Assembly: GCA_010405405.1 (NCBI GenBank)
Contig: MU004233.1
Coordinates: 251,067 to 315,066 of the forward strand
Reading direction: 5' to 3'
Source: Microthyrium microscopicum
Taxonomy: Eukaryota
Length of the DNA stretch: 64,000 bases
The notes below the pieces were generated by a model. That model was not told the origin of the DNA, ran no database searches, and worked only from the letters and a program-made list of their open reading frames with translations. This document shows, piece by piece, positions 35,734 through 48,342 of the stretch. The position numbers and the translations under genes were made by a program. Within the stretch, counting starts at the first letter, position 1, and the number at the start of each line of letters is the position of its first letter.

Positions 35734-38700
35734 GTTATAAGCTTAGTATTCTAATATACTTTTATTATTTTATTATTCTATACGTAAATCCTCTATAAAC
35801 TATATTATTATAATCTCTTAAATTCTAGCTATTATTATATACTAGTTTTAGTATTAAAACCTAACGTTTAGGTTATAGATTAACTTATAACGTTACTTCT
35901 AAAGTTATAATTATTACTAAAGCTAGAACTACTATCTAGAGCTACTACTTCTTTAAAGTAAAGTTAGGAAGCACTTTACTTTATTTATTCCTCTTTATAG
36001 TAACTTATACTTCTCTTTATTACTTTACTATTTATAATACCTATTTAAATTATTAAGAAGTAATAAGAGAACTTTACTACGTTATTTAATAGTAAGAAAG
36101 AGTAAGGAATTAGTAAATTAAATTAGGAAATTGCTTAAAGAAGTAATTTTATAAACCTTAGAGGTATAAATATCCTTCTACCTTCTTCTCTCTTCTTCTT
36201 CTTCTTCTCTTCTTTATTACGTATTTTAAGCTTTATACTTTTACTAGTACTCTTCCTACTATATTTAGTATTTATATAATCTTTACTATTAAGCTCCTAG
36301 CGTATTCTTAATCTTAATAATTCTTTAAAAGCTATTACTTCCTTAAATTCTTAGTATGCTAATAGCTTTAGTATTAGTAGTGCTAGAATATGCTAATAGC
36401 CTTAGTATTTATAGAGATAAAGTATAAGTAATACTTTTTACTACTTTTAGTTACTATCTAGTCCTCTAGTCTTTAATAGTTCTTTTACTACTATTATTCC
36501 TTAACTTTAAGGACTTAACTACTAGTAGTCCTTACCTTTAAAGACTTAACCTCTTTACTACCTTAATACGCTAATAGCTTTAGTATTAGTAGTACTAGAT
36601 AACGCCTTCTAACTTCTTAATAATAATTATATTACTATACTTACTACTTTCTTTCTTATAGACCTAAGCTACTAAGTAAGTCTCTTAAAGAAACGTACTA
36701 TTAGTATTATGTAAACTACTATTATTATTCCTTAACTTTAAGGACTTAACCTTTTTACTACCTTAGTTATAGTAGTACTAAAACCTACGTTATTTTTAAA
36801 TACGTCCTAAATTCTTATAAAATATTATTAGTAATTTTACTACTACTAATCTAACCTTAGTACTTTAGTCTAGGCCTAGCACGCTATAACTAGAAAGTAT
36901 ATTTAGTAAAGATATATAAGTATTTAATTATTTTATATTCTATTCCTAAGTAGAGTAAAAAAAGTATTTAGTAAAAATATATAAGTATCTAATTATTCTA
37001 TATTTTATTCCTAAAGCAAAGAAATATAATGCTAAGCTTAAACTACCTAAAAAAAAAATCTTAGAGGCCTAGAGGATATAAATATCTTTCTTCTCTTACT
37101 TATTTTCCTTCTCTTCTTCTTCTTTCTCTATACTAAGGCAGTATTTCCTAAATAAAGGTATAAAGATACTAAGGTAGTATCTCCTAAATAGAGCAACGAC
37201 CTACTAGAAGTACTTATTACGAGCTTACGTATATTCCTTCTAAATAAACTTAATACAAATTACCTAAATAGGTAATTTCTTAATCTTTAGGAGTATAAAA
37301 TACTTTCTTCCTCTTCTTCTCTACCTCTTCTTCTTCTTCTTCTATATACTAAGATAGTTCTTCTAAATTAGAGAAATCTCTAAAATAGCCTACTAAGCTA
37401 AAGGAATAAGCTATAGCAACTTAATATAATGGCAACGTTTTTACCTCCTAATTAAAGTAGTATTAAAGATATTAGTCTTTATAGAAAGCTAAGTATTATT
37501 CCTAAATATACTATATAGACTCTATAGAAGAATTACCTAAAATAGTAACTACTAGAGATTTCCCTATAGTAATTATATTAAAAAATAATAATGACTAGTA
37601 TACCTAGATTAACTTTATAAAATAATAGATATACGCTTTAAATATATAGGATTATATTAACCTAGAAGGAACTAGTTCTTCTTTAAAAAAACTAATACGC
37701 TTATCTAAAATACGCCTAGTAGAACTTATTATTTCTTAAGTATTTATAAAGAATAATAAGGATTAGCTTACTTAAATAATAGAGTTAATTCCTACTTAAG
37801 AATATAATATCCTATTATAAATATATAATTTAGACTACTAAGAGTACTAAGATATTAAAAACGCTATAGTTAAGATTAATAACTTCCTAAATAAGATGAT
37901 ATCTAAAAGTCTCTAGAACTATATTACTAATATCTTTAAGGCTTAAGATATACTTTAGGTACTTTAGAAAGATATTTATCCTTCCTAAACTAGTATAATC
38001 TTAAAGCTAAATAAAGAATTTAATACCCTAAGGAAGGAGTATAAATAGTAAGAACTATAACTCTAGTTAACCTACTAAATATCTCTTTAAAGAGAAAGTT
38101 CTCTTTACGATAAGGATAGAATCTCTAAGAAATAGCTTATAAATACTTTTATAAACGCTACTTAAGCTTTCTACTCTAATGCCTAAATATAGTTTACTTA
38201 TTATTATATAGAAGATAAATAACTTACTCTTTTAGAGTATATTAAGAAGTATTAAACTATCTATAGTAAGAAAACTATACTAGTATTATAATCTAGTATT
38301 ATTTTTGCTACTACCCTTAATAGAAAGACTTAAGAAGAGATATCTTAATCTAAAAAGGCTTCCTTAACTATAAATACTTATTAACCTTCCTTAACGTTTA
38401 AATTATAAAGTTCTTAGAAGGACAAAAAGATAACTCCTTCTTACTTCTATAGTAAGATAAAACTTTATAATAATTACTTCTATCTTTAACCTAATAAACG
38501 TCTAAATAAATAGTATCCTAACTCTAAAGTAGAAGCTAAAATTAAGAAGAGCTTTAAGAATCTTACGCTTAAAGCTAGAGTTAATTATATTCTTTAAGGA
38601 GAGTAAGAATAAGAGCATAGTAATAACTACTAACTACCTAAACTAATTAAATATATAAGTATTAAAATAGTAGTTATAAGAATTATAATATCTATAGTAG

Positions 38701-41700
38701 TTAAGATATTTTCTAATAAAAGGTTTATTCTTAATTCTAGAGTAAATATATATATTTATAATAATAGATTCTATTTTAAGATATATAAGAGTATTCCTAG
38801 TTCTTTAATTTATGAAGAGGTCTTCTTATAAGTTATAGAATATAATAATATAGATGTTACTATTTTAAGTCCTAAAGGATACTAAATAGTTACTCTTTAT
38901 AACGTTACTTATATACCTAGCTTCTATAAGAATCTAGCTTCTTATTATAGGATAAAAGCTATAGAATATTGCTAGAATAATAAAATAGGCTAGATTAAGC
39001 ACGTTAAAATAGGAAAGCTTCTAGCTAAAATTATCCTCTCTAATGTTTACTTCCTCTTTAAAAATAATCCTTACTATACCTTCTCTATAATATTATTATT
39101 TCTTTATACTTCTATAGCTTCTATATTTAAATAGTACTAACGGATAGGTTATATTAGTAAAGCTATAGTATCTTATATAGAATACGCTACTAAAGGCATA
39201 AAAATTACTCTAAACGTTACTTCTTCTAGAGATACTAAAGATAATAACTATTTCTATAAAATCTATATTAAAACAAAGCAAAAGAAACAAATCTCCTATT
39301 AATTAATAGATTTAAGCTTAAAGCCTTTTAAGAAGCTTTATATTAATCTAATTTAGGTTAAGAAAGACTATAATAATAATTATTAGATTATTTACGCTTA
39401 CTATACTATTATAAAGTTCTATCTACTAGAAATACTTCCTTAAAAAATATAAGAAAACTATATTTAATTCCTATACTATGTGCTTACTATTATTAAGAAT
39501 ATAGGTTATAAAGTAGGTAATATTAAATATAAGGTCCTTTAAATTTATAGGGATTATAAAGCTACAATAGGTAAGAAGTAGAATAATAAAATCTAGCTAA
39601 ATAGTATTATTAAAGAACTATCTATACTCTATACTACTTTATAAAATAGTTCTATAAAAGTATTAAGACAAATCCTAATATTTATTATAAGAGTACTAAA
39701 ACAATATAGTAGCCTTCTAAATATGTTATAGCCTAAACTTACTTACTTAGTAGTTTATCTACTTAATAGGATCCTAAAGAAGTAGCTAAACTAGAGAATA
39801 CCCTTTAAGATAGTATTTAAACGAGTACTAGATCTTTTATTAGTCTAAATTATTAGCTTAAAAGCTTATATTTATAATCCTAATATTCTAAAGCTTAAGA
39901 AGCTTTAATTTTACTTAATTAAAGGCTAGCTAATAGGTTATACTAGAAGTAATATCTTTAGGGTCTAGATTTCTTTAAATAACTATATTATTAAAGCATA
40001 AGATATTATAATTAATAAAACTATTAAATTTAATACTACTATGCTTACTATAATTAATAACTAATTTACTAACGTACCTCTAGATATACTACTCTCTTAT
40101 CTTAAAATAGACGTTAATAGTAGTATATTTAACTTATAAGAAGCTAAATAATAGCCTAATCAAAATTAAGAGGCATAAAATAATTAATAGTAAGAATAAG
40201 ATAGCTATTAGACTTCTAAAAATGATTCTAATTAACCTATATTTAATAACTAGCTAATAATACTTAATCCTATACTATTACTACTATCTTAGCCTTTTTT
40301 ATAATATCTAATACCCTCTATAAGTCTATTACCTACTTAAGATTATACTAAATTAAGAAAGGATACTTTAGAAGATTCTACTCCTATAATTTTACTAGTA
40401 CTACTACTAGCTACTCTAATAGCTTATTTAAAATAGTAATATATTACTAAGTATAAATAAGAAATCTAAGCCTTCTAAAATATTTTTATATACGCTATAA
40501 GAAGTAGTTATATCTTATGATTTTTAAGGACTACTAATCTAGTACTCTATAAACTTTACTTCCTTACTTTATTATATTATATATTCTCTATAACTTTAGT
40601 TTAATGCTACTATAAAAAAGATATACTAGAATTACTAAAAATATAGTCTAAAATAATAAAACGCCCTAATTAAGACTAGTATTTTTTAGCTACTAGAATT
40701 AAGATTAAAACACTTTAAGAATAAGGTATATTTAAAAAAGTCTATACCTCTTAAACTAATAAGCCTATTCTACTCTTAAAGTAAGTATTCTTAAAGAAGT
40801 ATAATTTAAATAACTTCCTTCTTAAATATAAGGCTAGAATCTATATAAAAAGAAATCTATAGTACTAAAATCTAGAACTAGAGATTTATACTACTACTAG
40901 AGCTTACTATATATTATATATAATTCTTACGCTAATAGCTATATTTAATCTAGATCTTTATTAATTTAACGCTATAAATATCTTTCTAAATGCTATTCTA
41001 GATAAAATAGTTCTAGTTTAATGCCCTAAAGGCTTTAATATTCCTAGAAAGGTCTTACTACTTTACTACGCCCTTTATAAACTACTAAGATCTTTATTAC
41101 TATAGTATTAGGATATAAGAGCTACCCTCTATATAATAAAGTTTAAGCCTATTTTAAAAGACTCCTACCTCTTTAAATATATTTAGTATTCTATCTTCCT
41201 CTTTTATTACGTTAATAACTTTCTTCTTCTCTTACTAAAAGTATATTAAGTAAAAGTAAATAAGATAAAATATAAGCTTAGTACGTGCTATACTATAAGG
41301 AATTTAGGCATCCTAAAAAGCTTTCTTAATATTTAAATACTTTAAGATTAAGCTAATTAAAAGCTCTAGATCTTATAAGACTAGTATATTAATAAAATAA
41401 GTACTAAATTCTAGCTTAATATTATAAAGAAGACTAAATACGTTATTCCTATCTTGAATCTTATTAAACTCGTTCTAAATAAAGAATAGGTATCTAAAGA
41501 TTAGATCTACGCTTTCTAAATGCGTTATAGCTCTATAATCTACTCTACGATAATATATAGGCTAGATATCTATTATATAGCTTCTTATTTAAGCTATTTT
41601 AACTAGAATCCTTCTAAGCTTTACTACTATAAGATTAAGAGAACTATTCTATATCTTTAAGTAATAAAATACCTTATGCTTAAGTATTATAAAACTATTA

Positions 41701-42457
41701 AAGCACTTATTACTAGTAAAGAAGTATTTCTTATAGCCTATAATACTATATTTATAAATAATTAGAAGACTTAAAAATTAACTTAGAGCTTCTTATTTAA
41801 CCTATTTAGAGGACTTATTAATTAGTAATCTTTACGCTAAAAAATAGTCTTAATATCTATAATAGAAGTAGAACTTCTATTCCTCTTAAACGCCTTAAAA
41901 GAGCTAATCTTAATCTAACGCCTCTTCTTATAGCTTAAGTTTAATCCTAATATTAAAATACTAATATTAAATAATAATATCTAAATAGTAGGTATTATAA
42001 TAAAGCAAGCTTAGTTTTTATCTTCTAGATTAAAGTACGTTAATATATATTAGTTCTAGCTTTATTAAGAAGTTATAAAGGGCTATATCTCTATTAAATA
42101 AGTTCCTATAGGTAAAATGCTAGCAAATAGTTTAATAAAAGCTCTCTCTTTATAAGAATATAAAAAGTTTAGAAAGATACTAAATTTAATAGATATAGAG
42201 TACTTAGTACTAGCTTAGAAAGATTCTTCCTAAAACGCTATAAATACTCCTACTACTACTATAAATTACTAAATCTCCTATATTTTTATATAAGCTAGAT
42301 TTCCTACGCTAGAGCTACTTAATAGTACTCTTTATTTCCTATTTTAACTAGTTTTAATATTTTAGTAGCTTAGTCTTAGAAAACCTAAAAATTAATATTC
42401 CTTTATACTTAATACTAAGTATATCTTAAGATCTATAGGTTAAAAACTTAGGAGGTA

Positions 42458-42752
42458 TAATAAAAGGTTTATTCTAAACCTTAGATCTACGCTAGTCCTA
42501 ATCTAGGATTAGAAAGCAAAAATATTAAAATTTAGCCTCTATTAGCTATTATATCTTTTTGCCTTTTCTACCCCTTTTTATATATTACTTTTGCCTCTAT
42601 TATAGCCTAAATTCTAGGCTCTAAGAAGATACGTTTTACGTCTTTAACGGGGTATAAATACTGTAGTTATTGCAGTAGTTAGTTAATTAGATTCTTCAAT
42701 ATTCCCTTCACCAATTCTGCATTCCCTAAGCTGCACGGACCGTATTCCGTCA
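42458..42752 (+). repeat. 3' LTR of the Copia element
   Basis: Ends TTCCGTCA, an imperfect inverse of TGACAGAA. It is preceded by the purine-rich tract AGGAGG and followed by the TSD CCTGG. Confidence 0.93.
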
Positions 42753-43438
42753 CCTGGCAAGGCTGGGCCAGGTAGCTCGACCAATCAGAGCTTACCAACA
42801 ATTGCAGACCCCATTGTCGTGCAGAACCAGATACTATCCTTCCTGGGCGCTCAATATCTGCAAAGGATGATGCATATCTCAAGGATCATGTCTCCAATGA
42901 AAAGAAACAAGATGGAAGTTGAGTGAGTAGGCTGAGGCGCGAAACAGTCAATTGCGTAATCACAGCCTTATGGAAATCGTGCCTCGTCTCTCAAATGGAT
43001 TCCAATAATACGACAGGTTACGCAACCTGCGTATGATTATTTAAATCGGTCCCTTAGATGGCGTTTACTGCCCAATGCTAGCGCACAAGCGCTGACGGTC
43101 CTACTGAATCCAAATAGCAGCCCCTCGCCGTCTATGCGCGCAATAGCCATAATTTGTTGGTTATCCACTTTTATCCAACATCACTTATACTGTACCGCCA
43201 TTCCCGCTCGCTTGAGACCCGATTAGAACTCCATCACTCCTTCTCGCCACATTCTCAGTGAGGGTCGTCGATGTGCACCTGCTCCGAAATACAATATCGC
43301 CAATTCTGACCTTGTTCCTGCACAAATCTACAATTGTCCCCCATTGTTGTTTCGCAATTAACACCGAATGTGCATTGTTGAAGCCAATATCCTTGAAGAT
43401 TCTGAGTATTGCTTCAAAATCTACATAGAATTTGCAAA

Positions 43439-44350
43439 ATGGCGAATCAAGCTTCCAAACCCGGATTTCAATCGATTCCAGCAGAGCTGTTGACCCAGAT
43501 CTTTGGCGAACTTTCAACCTTCAATGACGTTGCAAATCTCGCCGCAACATGCCGCAAATTCCGAGAGACGTGGAACTCGAACTCAACCCCGATTTACCTT
43601 CAAGTTGGCCCACGTGCAATACCATGCGAGGAATATGGACGACAGTTCCTTGCTGACCTGACTATTACGCCGCTTAAAGATTTGACCATGTCGAAAGACG
43701 CCACTATCAAAATCCTTAAGAACGCAAAAGTGGTACGCGATGCCATTGGCGAGTTTGAAAGCAATATTGTTCCTCATGTACAATGTAAGTGTTCTTAGCT
43801 CTAAGCTGCTTCGGTGGCATGGTTTGACGACATCCTAGGCGGTCGAGATACTTCCGAGACCTACTCTCCTCCAAATCAACACCCTCCACAACTAACGAAT
43901 GATGAGCGCTGTCGCTTTACACGAGCTTACTATCAAATGTGGAGCTTCCTCGTGCTTACTCCATCATCACTGCAGGACCGAATGCAAGTCACTTCACTTC
44001 AGCAGCTCTACTACTTGTTGGAGATGGCAGACTTCGAAAACTTTGGAGTCGAACGAGGCACCTGGCCCAACATGGCTCCTTGGTTGCGATATCCTTGGTA
44101 CCCGGGGGCGGACTTTGACGACGGCTCTGTGCTCGCATCTCATCTCTGGGCACAAGATGGCGGATTCAACTTGCACGAGCTAAAAATGTCAATCCAGAGG
44201 GAAATGGACCGCAAATACCAAGCTTTATATCGGAAAAACGCCCCAATTGTGTTTTCTGAGGGATGGGAGAACGGTGCAAGAAATTTCTATGCGCTTTGGG
44301 ATCATGGTCAAGAAGTTTTAGATCGCGTTTTGAATAACCCTGTAGGTTGA
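43439..44350 (+). CDS. F-box domain protein of a second family, 2 exons
   Basis: ATG 43439 and F-box FQSIPAELLTQIFGELSTFNDVANLAATCRKFRETW. Intron 43785-43838 (GTAAGT..TAG) joins VQ-C-GRDT. The C-terminal part contains LTNDERCRFTRAYYQMW. Confidence 0.85.
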
Positions 44351-45059
44351 GACAGATTGCCAAATTTTGTAGATAGTCATACGTTTACTTGTCACATATC
44401 AAGATCGATTTTGTCCCTGTCAGGGTATTATTAGACAACTAGAAATCCCAACAAGTCACTTCTTGTCATTACTGTGCAGAGGTGGGCGTTCCGTGTTTTG
44501 ACCAGAGTCCAATTCATGAAAGGATTGCAATTGTTAACAGCGACATGATAGTGCCATACATTGCATACGTCTAGGTGCTAGAGAGGCGCAAACTAGGTAT
44601 ATGCAAGGCCTTCGTTAAGGTCAGTGTTTACGCATAAGAATCGCAACACCAACACCACCAACAGCTCTAGTAGATGCGGGAAGCAAAGCTTTGTCCCCAA
44701 GTAGACACCGATTCTCAGGAATGTTGTTGCAGTCAAATGAGTCTATTGTATTTATAGAATAGTGCATCAACGGTATGTACTCAAGGCCACGATTTATTTC
44801 AGCGGCAGGGTTGGACGCGACGGCATCAAGCTAGGCTGGCGTTGCCATAGATTTTTTCCCAGCTCGCCTTCAAACAAGAACTAGACAGATACAGCACCAA
44901 CATTCGTCGCTGTGATGACATTGGCTATTCGCAAGATATTGATTTCAGTCCTCCATGAGGCGAACACTGATCCAACATTAGCACACTGAGTTGGGACTGT
45001 TGCAATAGGGACCTGTCTGTTTCCACGAGATGTATATCAGTCTGTATGTATGATCCAAA

Positions 45060-45467
45060 GCTGTTTCACGCAATTATTCAGATCAATCGTCGCTTTTTTC
45101 AGTTCCTCATTTGTGCTGCTTGATAGGCATGGCAAGTTCTCAATTCCCCAGAGACAGAATATATCCGGGTGAGGCAGAGCTACCGTACTTAAAGTACCCT
45201 TGGTTTCCAGAAGTGAAATCAGGGGATAACTCTATCCTGTCCTCATACATCTGGTCTGAAGGTGCTGCACTGAACCTGTCCAGGCTCAAGCGGGCAATAT
45301 GGCGTGAAATAGATGGCTTACGTGGTGTGTGTACTCAACTACCACCATTAAACTCGTGGATTCGTCTTCTCGCGAGAGAACACTTTGCGCTGTGGGACCA
45401 TGGCCAGGAGGCTCTAGAGTTGCTTGCGTCGGATCCGAAGAATTGGCGGCGCAAATCATTTGCCTGA
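45060..45467 (+). pseudogene. Truncated relic paralog of the 43439-44350 F-box gene (C-terminal part only)
   Basis: LPYLKYPWFP..SILSSYIW..NLSRLK..REID..FALWDHGQEAL aligns with APWLRYPWYP..SVLASHLW..NLHELK..REMD..YALWDHGQEVL. No intact 5' half or F-box was found upstream. Confidence 0.75.
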
Positions 45468-45823
45468 AAGATATATCCGATCACCTGAATACGCAGTGGG
45501 ATCTTGCTCATGTCGGTAAGATAGTTTACCACACAGTAGTAATAAAGATTGCCCACGATATTCAAGCAAACAACAGACCATGTCCAGTGCAAGCTAACAA
45601 GGCTCGAAGATGAAGTCACTGTATGGTAGCTAGAGTTTACCTGGAGGTCAGCTAGTATGTCCATACATAGGCCCGTAGGAATATAATGAATTGGTGGACT
45701 GTTCAATCATGCGTGAAAATACCATAGTACAGATCGATGAGATGTAAGAGTTTTCAGTGATTACTTTAGGTATCTACTCTAGGATTGATGGCCACCAGAA
45801 CATACAGCCGAAGTCTCGGTATT

Positions 45824-47206
45824 CTATTGAATCTTCGGAGAATGTGCCACAGTCGCCCATCCGAGCCGCTTGTTGCCAACGTCCCACACTGTATAGTAGT
45901 ATTTCATCAAGCTCCTACGACGAATCAGTATCAATGTCATAAGAGCGAAAACATTACTTACCCGCCAATAATCCAACCGTTCATGTCCTTCGAAGAGTTG
46001 ATCAATGTTTGACAGGTTCCCGGCATGCCAGGATATTCGCCAACGCTCAGCTCCTCACTCGGAATAGTGTACTTGCCGGCTCCGAAAGCGAAGGTGATAG
46101 TTGCATTGAGATCTTTGATTTGAGAGCATGGAATACCGTAGGCACCGCGAGGGTCGATGAGTTTGATGTTGGGAGAGATCAGAGCGTAGATGGCCTTAGC
46201 ATCTGCGAACGGAGCAATAATGTTTGAAGTTCCGGAGTCAGCGATGGCTGTTTGACCGCGAACATTGGATGCTTTGCCGTTGACGGTGATGGATTGAAAT
46301 TGGACATTCCAATAGGGCAATGCAGTATTTTGTGGAGGATAGCTGATATTTCCTGTGAACTTTGTCTGATCAATTCCGCCGATGGTGATCTCTGCTTTTC
46401 CAACCTTCTTAGGCGACAAAAAGAGACTGAAGATGGCCTGTTTGACTGAACCTTGCTTGATAAGAGTTTGGAAATAGGTGGCGGATTTACTAGTACTAAG
46501 AGCACCAGGACTCATGCCAAAAATTCCTTGGATGCCGGTGGATTCGAAGAGAGTGGGTGTCTGACGATTGATCAAAGAAATGGGTTGACCGAGAGCGGCG
46601 ATGCCAGCAACGGTCACAGTGTCAGAAGCGGTAGTTCCGGCGCAGAATGGGGTGGCAGCACTGCCAACGCCGACACCCACACCGGTTCCAAAGCCTGTAC
46701 GCCATGCTTTGCCAGTGTTATTGAAGGTGGAAGACTTGGAACCATCGAAGTGCGCTTTTTGATCGCAGCCATTAGCTGGAGTACATGCCACTGATGGGAT
46801 CAAGATGTCGGCGGATCCAGTATCAAACACTATAATGCTAAGAGACGTCAGTGTGCAGCATGATCGTTTAAAGTATGTTACCTACAAGTCTTGTGGCGGA
46901 GTTCCGACTTGCACTGTGCCATACCACTGTTGAGAGTTAGCATGGTTTTATACCATGCTGGAGTTACCAGAATTGCAGCGTTAGTATTGGAATGTGACTG
47001 ACCTGGAGATCCGTTCCATTGAAAGCAGACTCGAGTGGCAAATTGCCTATTCCTGGGCCGGCTAGACCCTTGGCCTGATTGATTGGTCGTGCTGTCAATT
47101 CGATTGTATTGGCCTGCGGCTCTTCGATCAGTGGTGGTAAGGGCCAGACAATGGCGTTGATGGCGACAACTTGTAGTGCGATCGCAAGAAGCTGTTTCCA
47201 CATCAT
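45824..47206 (-). CDS. Secreted pepsin-like aspartic protease (family A1), 4 exons
   Basis: Signal peptide, WYGTVQVGTPPQ, catalytic FDTGS and ADSGT, and GIFGM. WIIGGSLMKYYYTVWDVGNKRLGWA spans the last intron 45961-45915. Confidence 0.93.
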
Positions 47207-48342
47207 GGCTGGTTGAATATTATGATTGTATGCTAGAGAGTAATGGATGACATGTAGTTGGATAAAGCAAAGAACAAGCTTTTAGTATTGCGGCTCAAAA
47301 TAATGATTCACTGCCGCATATATTACTAGCTCTGGATTAGTGAATGCAAATAGGTTTTGCAGGGTTAGAGTTAGATTGCAACTTCCATACAGGTCAACTT
47401 TGGGGCTGCTTGTTGCCAATTCCGCGTTTAGTGCTTGCTATATTGAGCATTGACGATTGATTGTATATGCCATTTTAATGACTTGTGTGCCAGGCACAGC
47501 ATAACTTTCACGGAGTTCGAGCCTCAGGATTGGCATTGTGACTGTGAGGTATTCCAAGTGTCCTTCTATCAGGATAGTGATGGCAAAACTCATCTTCAGA
47601 TCTTTCACATTCTTAAGGAATCCTTATTGAGGGGTTTAACTTTGATATCAAAGATTTGGACTTGATCTTTGAACTGACACAAGTGAATGCTTCCCTCCTG
47701 ATGGCCGATTCCCACTAGGGATGAAGATTGCTCAATCGCGACATGAGGGGAAGATGGCGGGAATTTTTGGCGAACGAGTCCCCAGTCTCTCTAAGCCACG
47801 ATATTCGATGACTCTACAGATTACCAGTTGGCGCATACTTACTTCTTGCCGTAAAACAGCGTGCACTAAGCTTGAGTGTAATTGCTGCATAATGGATGCA
47901 TTCGGTGCACTTGGTTGAGCGATAACACGTATGAAAACTGAAGTGATGTTTGGACGCTCCTTCTTTCTTTGATGCGGGTTTCGGAGAGTCAGATTTGCCA
48001 TGAAGACCAATGTTGAAGGTTGACGCCTGGTTGATCAAGATGTTGATGAAGAATGAAAGCAGAACAACGTGGCGCAGTTGATCTGGAGAACTCGCATATT
48101 ACTTCTTGTTTGGGCCTAGCTCCAGTCTCACTTGCGGAGTTGGTCAGGTCACCTTCACACAGCCCAAACATCATCATAACCTACAGCTCACTCTCCCTCT
48201 CGCCACGCCGCCTTCCTATCATTGTTTCACTACCCAAATCCCAACCAACAGCTTATATCCCCGGGCCTCCAGATTCTCTCCGCTTCTCTTACCGGCCTCA
48301 GGCTCTTCCACTCACCGAACCAAATTCTAGACGCCGACGAAT

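Larger units (their letters stand above)
35439..42752 (+). mobile_element. Full-length Ty1/Copia LTR retrotransposon, RIP-inactivated
   Basis: 295-bp LTRs, TG..CA termini and a 5-bp TSD CCTGG (35434-38 / 42753-57). Motifs recoverable by reversing transitions come in Copia order: protease FILNSRVN ~38724 (ILDSG), integrase ~39330-39660, RT YKARI 40827 and YVNN 41208 (YVDD), and RNase H MLANSLIKA 42117 (ADxLTK). The sequence is extremely TpA-rich. Confidence 0.95.

Noticed and set aside
36290..36770. Interspersed short direct repeats resembling a CRISPR-like array
   Set aside because: Spacing is irregular, the context is eukaryotic, and the repeats lie inside a retrotransposon leader.
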